A stretch of DNA of 64,000 nt from Chrysomallon squamiferum (taxonomy: Eukaryota > Animalia > Mollusca): NCBI GenBank assembly GCA_012295275.1, contig CM022673.1, positions 18,600,001 to 18,664,000 of the forward strand, read 5' to 3'. Made by a program: the position numbers and the translations under genes. The notes beneath the pieces were generated by a model. It was given only the letters and a program-made list of their open reading frames with translations, made no database searches and had not been told where the DNA came from. Numbering within the stretch: position 1 is the first letter of the stretch; the number at the start of each line of letters is the position of its first letter. This document shows positions 26,690 through 38,900 of the stretch, in pieces.

Positions 26690-27410
26690 CCATTTATGGT
26701 GGCTTCGTGTAACAGTTTACCTTCTGGAAAGTTTTTTTTAACTTAATATTATATCTTTGGCGTAAAAAAAACACAGAAAGCAGAAGAAAACACTGCAACA
26801 GTGCATTTAAGAAACGAACAATGAAGAAAACTTTTTATATCAGGAATGTACAGTTATCATAAAGAAAATATCAGCCTGCGACATAATTATGTAAGTGGCC
26901 ATGTGGGTGATGTAATTGGTGTTTTTATAACGAAATGTTGGAACAGATATGACGTAACTCTGGATGATATTGTTAACGCCAGAAAGATTTCAGAAAATGA
27001 TGAATTGGAATTGAAAGGAATAAAAATTAAAGCTAGAGTTTTGAGTTGTGAAATTGCAGTTGTATCATTCTTACATTTGTCAGCCTACATAGACGGTAAC
27101 TTCATAAAAGAAAAACTAAAAGATAAATTTTAACACCCAGTTATAGACGACATTATAAAGGAACCAAAAATTCTGATGGAACAAGATATGTCAAGGTTAA
27201 ATTTCCATCAGAAGTGAAAAGTTTACCATACTCCATGAAGTTTAGGAAAGTTGAAGGAAAAGAATATTTTTGTGTTTTACACGATCATCAACTGAAAGTG
27301 TGATATAATTGTATGGCTGACAGTCATAAACTCAAGGACTGCCCAAATATAACATGTTATTATTGTAAAGAAAAAAGTGTACACATGACAGCCGAAAAGT
27401 AGCAGTCTCT
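26690..27410 (+). mobile_element. Degenerate L1/Tx1-like ORF1 (duplicate of 13000-13720)
   Basis: Identical 95-aa ORF at 26846-27133 plus zinc-knuckle remnants. Confidence 0.8.
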
Positions 27411-27871
27411 TTAAAACAATCCCAGGAAAAGTCTCTTTAAAAAATAAATAAATAAATAAAAACTTTAAAGATATATATCATTTTTATTACATAATTCACT
27501 GAAAATAAATATGAGGTCATACAATGAATAACTGTATAAAAACAAGGAAAAACCTGTTTAAAAAAAAATCGAGTACATATTTCACTTAAAATAAACATGA
27601 AGTCATACAATTCATCACAATATAAAACAAGGAAAAGACTGTTTAAAAAAAAAAGCGTTTTATCTCATTGAAAATAAATATGAGGTCATACAATTAATGA
27701 CAGGAATAAAAGGAACATATCTTCTACGTGTTGATGAAAAACAGGGCGAAGATTTGTTTTCAAAATACCACATTTTCATAGTTTTACATCTGTGTGTGTG
27801 TGTGTGTGTGTGTTGGTGTGTGTGTTGGTGTGTACGTTTGTACATATATATACATATATGTAGGTAAGTAG

Positions 27872-27916
<45 letters not shown>

Positions 27917-27929
27917 TAATCTGATCAGT

Positions 27930-29480
27930 ATCTATCATGTCTGATGTTTTGTCCATGTAATGTAATGTTTTCTAAAAGTTAATCCTAGGAATATAAAATC
28001 CTTGGGCTTGCCAGAATATTTCTGTGATTGGAGTTTGAGATAACTTGGAAATTAGAACTGTATATATTAAAATTACAGTAAATGTTTTTGCTTTAATGAA
28101 TTCTTTTATTCTTTAGTAACAGATATGGTCTTTGTAATATTTTAACTTTTGTTCTAATTGCCGTGATCAATTGTTGATCAAGTGAATTTAATATTTATAA
28201 AGATATGAAATATGTGAAAAAGGTAAGTTAGGAAATATCTCTTGAACTATTTCAGCTATTGCTGATATTTTAAGAAATCCTGTAATAAATCCATATGTAA
28301 TGTCAATAATAGTTATTACTCCACAAACAATGAAAAATTTCATAGATAACATTTTACTTTCAGGCCTGATAAAAGGATTGTGAAATAAGGGTTGTGTTAC
28401 TATTTGAGTGGAGCTTTTAGAGAAGATCTTTTCTCGACTGGAAACTATATTCCATGCGGATAATAATTGTGAATAAAAAAGATTAGTTCTTTGTAAAGCA
28501 GATTTATCATACTGAATATGATAAATATATCTTTACGTATTTTTCACAGAATTCTGTCATTGTATATTTCCACACTGATCTAAATTTAGTATCAAAATAC
28601 TTTTTTAATAATTTAATTTGGAAAGCAATCTTTTAAAGTCGAACATCTTGAATATTTAAACATCCTGATTTTTTTAATTTCTAATCATAGTAGAATATTT
28701 TATTAAAACTGGATTGTTTTCCCCCATAATTTTTCTGTTTAGGGGAGATAATATTTGATTTGCTAATACTTTAGCAATAATTTTATAATCAACATTTAGA
28801 AGACTTATTAGTCTATAAGTTTTGAGGTACTTAAGTTTCCTTTCTTCTTGTTGAATAGACTAATAATTCCTTTTTTATACTACGTTTTTGATACATATAA
28901 CAATTTCATGAAATATTTGTTTTAGGACTTCTCAGAATTTTAGATAAAATTCTACCGTTATACCATCTACAGAGATATATACACATAACATTCTTTGTCG
29001 TCGTCATTACAGTTATGTCACAGTCATTATTTAAGGCTGGTTTTCCAAATTCTCTTTTATATGCATTTTGTTTTTATTATATTGTTTATTTTCTAATTTT
29101 CATTTTATTATTATTATTTTTATTTTTTTAATGTATAATACTTAGTAAAGCCTTTCATTTTGTATTTCTGATTGTCCCACGAAACCAATGGTTCAGATAA
29201 AAATAGTGAACATTCTTTCGCTTCACCAGTAATTTGTTCTAAGCGTTGTGGAAATCTTCGTTATTTAGTAACTGATGATTGAAAATCCAAACACTTTGTC
29301 CTCTTTCTACTTCAGAAAAAAATCTAATTTTAGTGAAATCCAATTATGATCACTCAGAAGATCGCCTACTTTATAATATATACGGTACGTAATTTGTTTA
29401 ATTTCAGACTGGAAAGCATACACGTTGAAATTTATTGTTAATTGACTCAAATAAACCATCCTGTTTCCTATTTCTGTTCT
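27930..29480 (-). mobile_element. Degenerate L1/Tx1-like ORF2 (duplicate of 14250-15800)
   Basis: Near-identical to the unit A copy. Confidence 0.8.
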
Positions 29481-29742
29481 CTTATGTAACGTACAAACGA
29501 ATCTTTTTTCTTATTTGTAAAAACTGACATGAATACTTTTCATTTCTCACTTCTTTTTCACATTCGACCAGGACAAATCATAATTAATTGATGATACATG
29601 TAATATAAATTATGAATGTTTCTAAATAAGTATTTAATATATAACTATTTTGTTTAAAAAGTATTCCCATTATTTAGCATAAATTTAAAGTTAAAAACTA
29701 AAGGATATTTTTTTATTATTATTTGCTAACTTACCTACTTCT

Positions 29743-29777
<35 letters not shown>

Positions 29778-30738
29778 TTCATTTATTTATTTCGAAATGT
29801 AAAACCATTAAAATAAATATTTCAAAAATTTAAGTATGTATGTTTTAGTTACTTATAATTCAGTTATTGGTTTGTAACTGAATTAAACTGAACTGTAGAT
29901 GGTTTTAGCTGATGTACGTAAACTAATGTGTACATTTACGACGTCCTGCCACGACGTACGCATGTTATCTTCTCAATACAGAGCTTATTGCATAACCGGA
30001 GACTGTTGCCTTAGTGACTCAAATGAAAGTTTGGAGTAAAACATACATCTTCGATGAAGGTTACAAAAAGTATTGAAAGATATAACTACTACAGGTTTCA
30101 ATGTGTATATTTTGTTTAAATATTCACTTTTAATGTCCTTTTTCTTTCCTTCTCTTTTTTAAAAAGAAAAAAAATGTATTTAAAATATTTCTGAAATCAT
30201 ATGAAATGATATCAGACCTCAGAATGGGAAGTCCTACAGTCCGTCAAATGCAAGTGTTTTCCCATGATGCCATTCATGATCAGACAGACTGTATTGTTAA
30301 AAAATAAAAGATGTAGAGAAAAAACATGTTGCCTTTCAATTTCTGCAAACCTCGCGTTCGCCATTATTATTTTCATTTTATTGTACCATCGCCACAGATA
30401 ACTTATGTAATCATTTCAGATCCAACAGTTAGTTTTATGTGTTTGTGTGTGTGTGTGTGTGAACAACTTATTTGGTGATGAAGTAATTGTCATCATTTCT
30501 CACGAAACCCATAGAGTTATTTCCGTGATTTATCTTGCATAAGTTAAATATGATTCATATCGATAGTGGACAAAAATATTAACATGGGCAGAGTGCTATG
30601 CTGTTGTCCAGGTCTCTGTTCTGTTTTGAGCTATATTTGTCAGGTGGGTTCTTTCCCGCAGACTTCCAGCTCATCCCTCCATCCTCCCGCTGTTGTTTTT
30701 CTAACTACATCATTTCACTTTGCATGTTTTCCAAGTGT

Positions 30739-31055
30739 TTATGTGTTGTTATAAATATATAGTGTTTCAGTCGACCTGAGACTCATTGGATTAAATAAAA
30801 TATTTGTTCGTTCTTTTAATCATGAGTAAAGCACAAACATGAACACTCTAACACTCGTGAACGTAAAGTATATTCCATTTGCTGACAGGTCTTTTTAAGT
30901 TTGAAAATAAATTGTGTGAAGATGAAGACGATGATAATGATGAAGAATTATTTGTCAGTGTAAGTAATTGACACATCCTAGGATAATAACTGTAAACCTC
31001 AGACTATGCTTTAACAGAAAACCATCAGATGTTGCTGAAATTATAATAATAATTC

Positions 31056-31147
<92 letters not shown>

Positions 31148-32373
31148 ACAATAACAGTATTGATAATAAACAGTAATTCTAACAATAATAAATAGATTAG
31201 TTATATAACACTAAAAGACTTTTAACTGACATTGTTTATATTGTATTAATTATTAATTTATCATGCCAAGGGTAGTAAAAACAAAAGCAGTATTACCTAC
31301 CTATTAACAATTTAAATACAGATAATCTCAACAAAAAATGTCAGTTTTAAAGACTCTGTACTGTATATTATAATAACGAATGAGAAACTGACATCTCTGA
31401 TAAAATGACTTGGCGCTTAGGTGATTTAAAAACATACCAGCTACAGCTGCTCCGATTGTTTTACAGGACTCAAACAAGTAATGTCTGGATTGTCTCATAG
31501 CTGTGTGAAGTTCTGAGGAAATCCCTTCACAGAAAGATGCTACAACACTCATACAGTAGTGCATTTTCCCCATAGAACTGAAACAGAATAAACAATATCA
31601 AAATAATTAAACATGTATGTAGCTGTCAATTGTTTTGGGGTCTTTTTTTTTTTACTGGCTTTGATGCCTGTGCTTATATTTATCTCAAAATGTTAGAATG
31701 GTCTTATATTTATCTTGGTCAGGTGTTATGTATCTTACTATATACTGCACTGAAACATACACTTTTCTTTGCTTTCACTTGACCTTTATGTTTACTGACC
31801 AATTGTTTTACAAATTATACTGTTTACATATAAATAACTTATTAATGTTGTTAGTGTTACTGCTTTGCTAATGCCACTATAATTCTATTATTGCTGTTAA
31901 TTACTTTAACAACTGCTAGTATTACTGTTATTTCTGCAGTTCATTACTACTACAACTGTTACTATTGCTACTACTACTACTACTATTACTACTTCTGCTG
32001 CTACTACTACTACTATTACTACTGCTGCTGCTACTACTACTACTATTACTACTGCTGCTGCTACTACTACTACTACTACAACTTCTAGCTGCTATTACAA
32101 ATACTACTGTTACGATTAATACAGATATTTTGGAAACTACTACAGAGAGATTTTTAAAATATCAAGTTTCACATACAAGCAGAATTGATCGAGTTTTCTG
32201 TCTACCAAATCTCTGACGTAGTCGTATCTTTGCGGCACACATGACATCAGGTTGCTGCATGTTCCAGAAACTGCATACACAACAAGGAAGCATAAATATA
32301 GAATAAAACAAAGCAACAGCAAAACTCAGTTTGACATTCTCTCTAATTTCTCCTTGATGTTGTTATTCTTGGG

Positions 32374-32414
<41 letters not shown>

Positions 32415-32968
32415 TTTATTTATTTATTAGTTTGTTTATTTTAATTACAGCTAATTTTTATATTAATAAAAGATTATAATAAATTACCAATTTATCACTT
32501 TATAGACTCAGTCTATCAGTATTGTATACAAACTGTACTTAGCTTTGTTTCATTCTTCGTAGAGAACAGTTTGAAATTATTATGTGTATGGTTTATATAT
32601 CAAATAAATACCTGCATCAGAATCTAGTAAATCAAACAGCTTCTTGAAAACAGCCACCAGAGTGACGTCGACGTTTGTAACAACTGCAGATGTGTCGTCA
32701 GATGTCGTCGTGGTGTACAAGCCAGCGTCACAGTGACTCGTAACTACCTGAATTCGGAAAACGGAGATACCTGGGATGGACGGACAGACAGGTTTGGCGC
32801 TGACTAAACAGGCATGTACTTGTTTTACAAGTCTACAATAGAAAAACATTTTAATATACGATTATTAGTGGAATAATGTTCTTTAGACTGTTGTATCTGT
32901 GAACATACATTCACACACAGACAGACACACACACACACACTCGTATATATATATATATATATATATAT

Positions 32969-33005
<37 letters not shown>

Positions 33006-33589
33006 ACATCAACATTACCTGCAAGTCCTAATTATGCTTTTGTAACTTAGAACAGTTTCCAACAGAAGAGAACTGCATACAGATAAATTTGCACAACCTT
33101 AAAATTAGAGTAAACATTTGTATTTAACTATAGTTAAAAGTAAATTGTATAGAACTGTGCGCGCGTACACACGCACACATATATGTAACAGAATACTATT
33201 ATATTGTAATTATGCATAACCAAATAAAATATATTTGTTTATTATATTATAAGAGGGAAAACCTTGTATTCTCTGTTTTTTCTTTTCTAATGTTACTTTT
33301 GAGTTAGTTCAGTTAATTTTCAAGTTGGATAGTACATGTTAAAACTATTCTCGATGCTGTTGACTTCACATATTTGTGGTTATTACCGTGTAATGGTATC
33401 ACTAGTGCTTTTATGCTAAATCATGCATTAACATAAGGCTTATAGCTCAGTATTTAAAATACTTTAAATTATAAACTATATAAAAAATACTGTCGAATTC
33501 GAGACATATTTTAACGTTACAGAGAGAAATACTGGTACCCACTGTTACGGTTTAGATTTTCAAATCATAATCTTGCTATTATAAGATGT

Positions 33590-33667
<78 letters not shown>

Positions 33668-34938
33668 TTGCATGTATTAATATATACATGTTTATGTATC
33701 TCTATAGATGAATTACAGAAATGCTGAAAAACATGAATAAAAATAAATTTCTGGTCTAGATGGTTTAACGGGAGAGTTTTATTTAAAATTCTGGGATGTC
33801 CTAAAACAAATATTCTATAAAATTGTTATATGTATAAAAAACGAAGAACAGTTATCACGTAGTATAAAAACAGGAATTATTAGTCTATTCTACAAGAAGA
33901 AAGGAAACAAAAGTACCTCAAAACATATAAACCAATAAGTCGTCTAAATGTTGATTATAAAATTACTGTTAAAGTATTAGCGAATCATTTGAAGAAAATG
34001 ATGTCAAGAATTATCTCTCCTGATCAAACATACTGTGTCTCATGGATACATAGACTAGATAATGTAATGTTAATAAGAGATAGAATAGATTTAACAGAAT
34101 TCAGAAATGATGAAGGTTACTTAATCCAAAATAGACCAAGAAAAAGAAATAGAGGTAAACATAATATTAATGGGGTATCAAAGTATCAGAAAACGGTACT
34201 TTGTTAATATATCAGAATGCTGACGATACTACAATTACAGAAGCGGTATTCAGTCTGTAACAAATGTCTCTCAGTCCGTCGAATTTTTGTGTCTAGATAC
34301 AGGAGTGAAAATTAACATTGATAAATCAGAAGTACTTTTATTAGTAAAAACCAAACAAAATGATAGCACTTTTCATATTCCAGTTACCTTTAAAAAGGAA
34401 TGTTTTGAAATTTTAGGTATTCATTTACGGACTAACAAATATATGTTTGAACATTTTAAGTGGAATTTTAATTATCAATTAACAGGTAAAAATCTAAATT
34501 TAAAAAGGTAATCAAATACGGTAGGAATAGAATCTAAGTAATCAGAAACTGTTTGAAAGAAAACTAAATGTTCATCCCTAACGTAATAATACACGTCACA
34601 CAGTTCAACAAATACCTGCACGTGTTGTACACACGGTTTCCATCTCACTTCTCGCTATCTCCAGTAATGTTTCTGAAAATGGGTCACGTGACTTGCAGTT
34701 CCTCATTGACTGGTCGAGGCAGGTCTGTGTACGTTTCAGTGAACTAGGGGTAGATAATACAGTAGTTTTGAAATATTAATAACTGTAATAATAATAAAGG
34801 CCTTTTAAAGGCCTTTAGTTTTACATACAATCAGATTATTTATTTATTTTATTTCATATTATTATTGTTGCTGTTGTTGCTGTTGTTACTGTTGTTGCTT
34901 TTGTTGTTGTTATCGTTATCTCATTATTATTATTATTA

Positions 34939-34976
<38 letters not shown>

Positions 34977-35753
34977 TAACAATTAAAAAGTAAGGAAACA
35001 TGATAATATTGAAACTTTCATTAAGTCGAATGTTTGAATAACAAACTATATTTCGTCTAAAATTAACAATTCCATCACAAAAATACAACAAAAAATCCAA
35101 CAATTCAAATGACGAACAAACATATAAGAAAATTGTTTTAAAACAAAGGAACATTTCTCTATTAATGGCTACCGACAGGTAAATAAATAAATAAATAATA
35201 GTAGTAGTTGTTGTTGTAATAGTAGTAACAGTAATTGTCGTAGTAGTAGTAGTAGTAGTAGTAGTAGTAATAATAGTTATGATAGCAGTAGTAGTAGAAG
35301 TAGCAGAAGTATAGTAATAGTGTTTATAATAGTAGTAGAAATGGTGGTAGTTTAAATGTAATAGTAGTAGTAGTACTTAGTAGTTGTTGTTATAAAGTAG
35401 TAGTAGTTGTTGTAGCAGTAGTAGTAGAAGTAGTAGTAGTACCTGCATACTTGTGCGAATATCTTTCTCTGACTGGCCAAATGAAAAGCAGACGACTTGT
35501 TGACGCACTGTCTCAGTTCCGGACATGTCGAGTCATCCGATGAAAAGAACTGTCCTTCAAATATACACGAAACAGAACGTTATATATAATAATTATTTAT
35601 TAGGGACAAAACATTTTGGAACTGGGACTCAGTAGCTCCTGTTTTCTCCGAGGAAATTAACGTCTACTTATTTCTCTTTTATTATTATCACCAGTATAAG
35701 AAAAAAAGAAATCTTTTATTTCGAAATTATTATTAGTACTACTGCTGATGCTG

Positions 35754-35845
<92 letters not shown>

Positions 35846-35886
35846 GCTACTACTACTACTACTACTGCTACTACTACTACTACTAC

Positions 35887-35932
<46 letters not shown>

Positions 35933-38900
35933 TAATAGTAGTTTGTTGTTATAATACTAACAGTCGATTCAAAACCAGCAGTATTTTTACTGTTTCGGTT
36001 TATAATTAGTGGAAACGTTATGTAGTTATTTTTAGATTCGCTATAAGGTTAAAGGGCGAAGTATCATTATGTTATAAAGCCTTGTCACTTTAGCAATGTA
36101 TTTGTGACATGTTAGATGGAAACAGGTCTACTTTCATTCTTAAATGTTTTTATTCCTCTCTGCAAAACGTGAGCGATAATTTAGAATTTTTATACTTTAT
36201 CAGAAATGACTAAAAGTTCTTAAACACAGTCCACGTTTTTAATTTATGGCTTATTGTATTTCGCAACTTAGTAAGTAAACACTTCTTGATAATAAAAATA
36301 ATAATAATAATAATAATAGTATTAGTAGTAGTAGTTGTTGTTGTTGTTGTTGTAGTAGTAGTAGCAGCAGAAGCAGTATAAGTAGTATAGGAAGAAGAAA
36401 ATAAATAAATTCAAGATAATGAAAACATAATAAATAGTTTTCATAATAAATTAATTTTCTGTGAATCTAACTTCAATTTTCTTCGCTGATGCGACTGTTT
36501 ATAATTTTATTTCTGCATAATAGAGAAATTAAAAATGACATTTCATACTTTTGGGGTTCAGTATAGTTTTGAGAAAGTCACCAAGACTGTCGATTCCGTC
36601 AGCTGCGACTAACATAGACTGTGACCCTGGACAGTGCTGTGCAACCGCCGTTATAGCTGGTTCAAGGTCATTTTCTTGTAGGTCACACGACGTTACTAGA
36701 CTACAGAGACAGTATTCGAGTATTTTTGAATCTCTGAAAGTAAAGATTTGTATTACATATTTTTATATATACAAAATAATATACAAAATACACAAAATAA
36801 ACATTGAAAACATAGTTAAATATGAAAAAAAGAAAGAAAGAATGCTTTACAGTGTATGTGTAGGTGAATATGTCTTTTTGTCAGTGCAAAATTTAGGTAC
36901 ACCTAATTAAAAGCTTTTCTTTCCAGCCTTTTATTTATAATTTGTTTATAATAAAATAATTATGATTTTTAATACATAAATAAACAAAAGAAACTTATAA
37001 CTCACTTGCATCTATCTGATGTTTTGTTTTCAAACTGCTGATAACATTCTGTTAACTGAGGACATTGCTCTGAAATAAATGTAAATAAATTTAACTATAA
37101 AACATAGACAGTAACAAAAAGGCCCTCCGATCATGATCGTTTCATCTTTGTGGAACATGTAATCAAAAAATGCAACGAAATATTCAGCGCAAAATGTTTT
37201 CTAAACAATATTAATTGGTTTTTATTTTTTTTATTTTTTTTTTTTTTAAATGGTGGTATATAATATTTTTCGTTAGCGTATAAAATAACGTCTCATACCC
37301 CAAAATCGCTAAATACCAATTTTTATCTAGATTTTAAGGTGTGAGGTTTTATCCTATGGGTTGTTGAAATCTGTTTTGTCTGTTACCAGAAACAATGATA
37401 TCTTCGTCTTATAATTTCACCTCTTAATACAGTCAGGCATTGTATTACTTTCAATATTCGTGGTTTTTAGTTTGCGAATTTTAACGAACTGTCGTCAACG
37501 TTCTAGACAATAATATCATAATACAGTAAGCTGCAATATCTTGAAATTAAAAATAACATATTACAAGTACTGTATTTTCAAGCAGGATTACATTAACTTG
37601 TATTTACACGTGAATTAGTCATCATGCGTACATTGGTCTAAACCCCTCCCATCCATTTTACACAGTTGTATTATCAAATACTGTGATATATGTTTTCCTA
37701 TTTGCATGAAGGTGCATAGCAAACATCCCTTCAGCTAATCAAGAGCAGTCGATGTCAAATGTAAGAGGTTTTTGCCACTCACATCATTTATTTGTTTGTT
37801 TGTTTGTTTGATTGTTTATTATCAAACAACATTTAATGTATGTACTAATAAGGTTTACCTGAACGTTTAGTACGGCACATAGGAAACATGCCATATATCT
37901 CATTACTCGTTTCTTTAACATCACAACTAATTTCTGCAGCCTGAATGCACTTTCTATAGCTTGGCATTAATCTGGAGAGAAAAAATATATGACTTTAACG
38001 AAATGAACGTATTGCTCCTTGTCAAGCGAAAAAGAAACAGAAAATCACCCAAAGTCCAAGCAGGCGAAATAACAACTTTGCGACGATTAAGAAGGAAAAT
38101 CACGAACAGAAATATTAACATAAGATGAAATATAAATAGTCAGTTAATTCATTTAAAAATTGCTAATGTCAAATCCTGAAAAGTGATCCAGTTATGGAGA
38201 ATTTTACTAAAAACAAGACGAAAAAGGAAGAGAAAATAATTCAAAATGAGTTATGCTCAAATAGAATAAAGATTTGAAACTGTTTTACGTATTGAAACAG
38301 TGCATGGATATAAATAGTAAGAGCTGCTACAAGAGCTAACCTGTGTTGCTGAATGTGTGGACTTACCCACAGATAGTTTCTGAAGTACTCTCTTCGACCA
38401 GTCTCTTATTCAGTACATCTATACATGTCTGTGTCGCAGGACATTTGGGTGTTACGACGGGAAGTATTGCTGAAGCAGAGAATGATGTATCTGTATTGAC
38501 ATCTGTATTTTTAGATTTACATTTCAAAATATCTTCTAAATATATATTTGTTTTCAGAACGTTTACCGTGAATTTATTTATTCTAAAAACATTTTTTCTT
38601 TTTTCTTTTTTTTTTTTTTTTTTTTTTTTGTTCTTTCTCAGTCAATATCTAAACGTTAAATACTTGTTCCTTTAAATCATGTTCATATTTTGCAAGAATA
38701 ATATATAGTACATTAAGCTATAGTATCTTAAAATTAAAAGTAATATGTTAAAAAATCATGTTCGTATTTTGCAAAAATAATATATAGTACATTAAGCTAT
38801 AGTATCTTAAAATTAAAAATAATATGTTAAAAAATGCTATATCTTCGAGACAGGATTACATTAACTTGTAATAAGACGTGAATCAGTATTTCAAATCCCT

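Larger units (their letters stand above)
16931..30600. repeat. Segmental duplication unit B (~13.7 kb)
   Basis: Collinear with unit A. It continues into a third partial copy at 30601-~32430, which is the 3' end of the intact Cys-rich gene. Confidence 0.93.
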
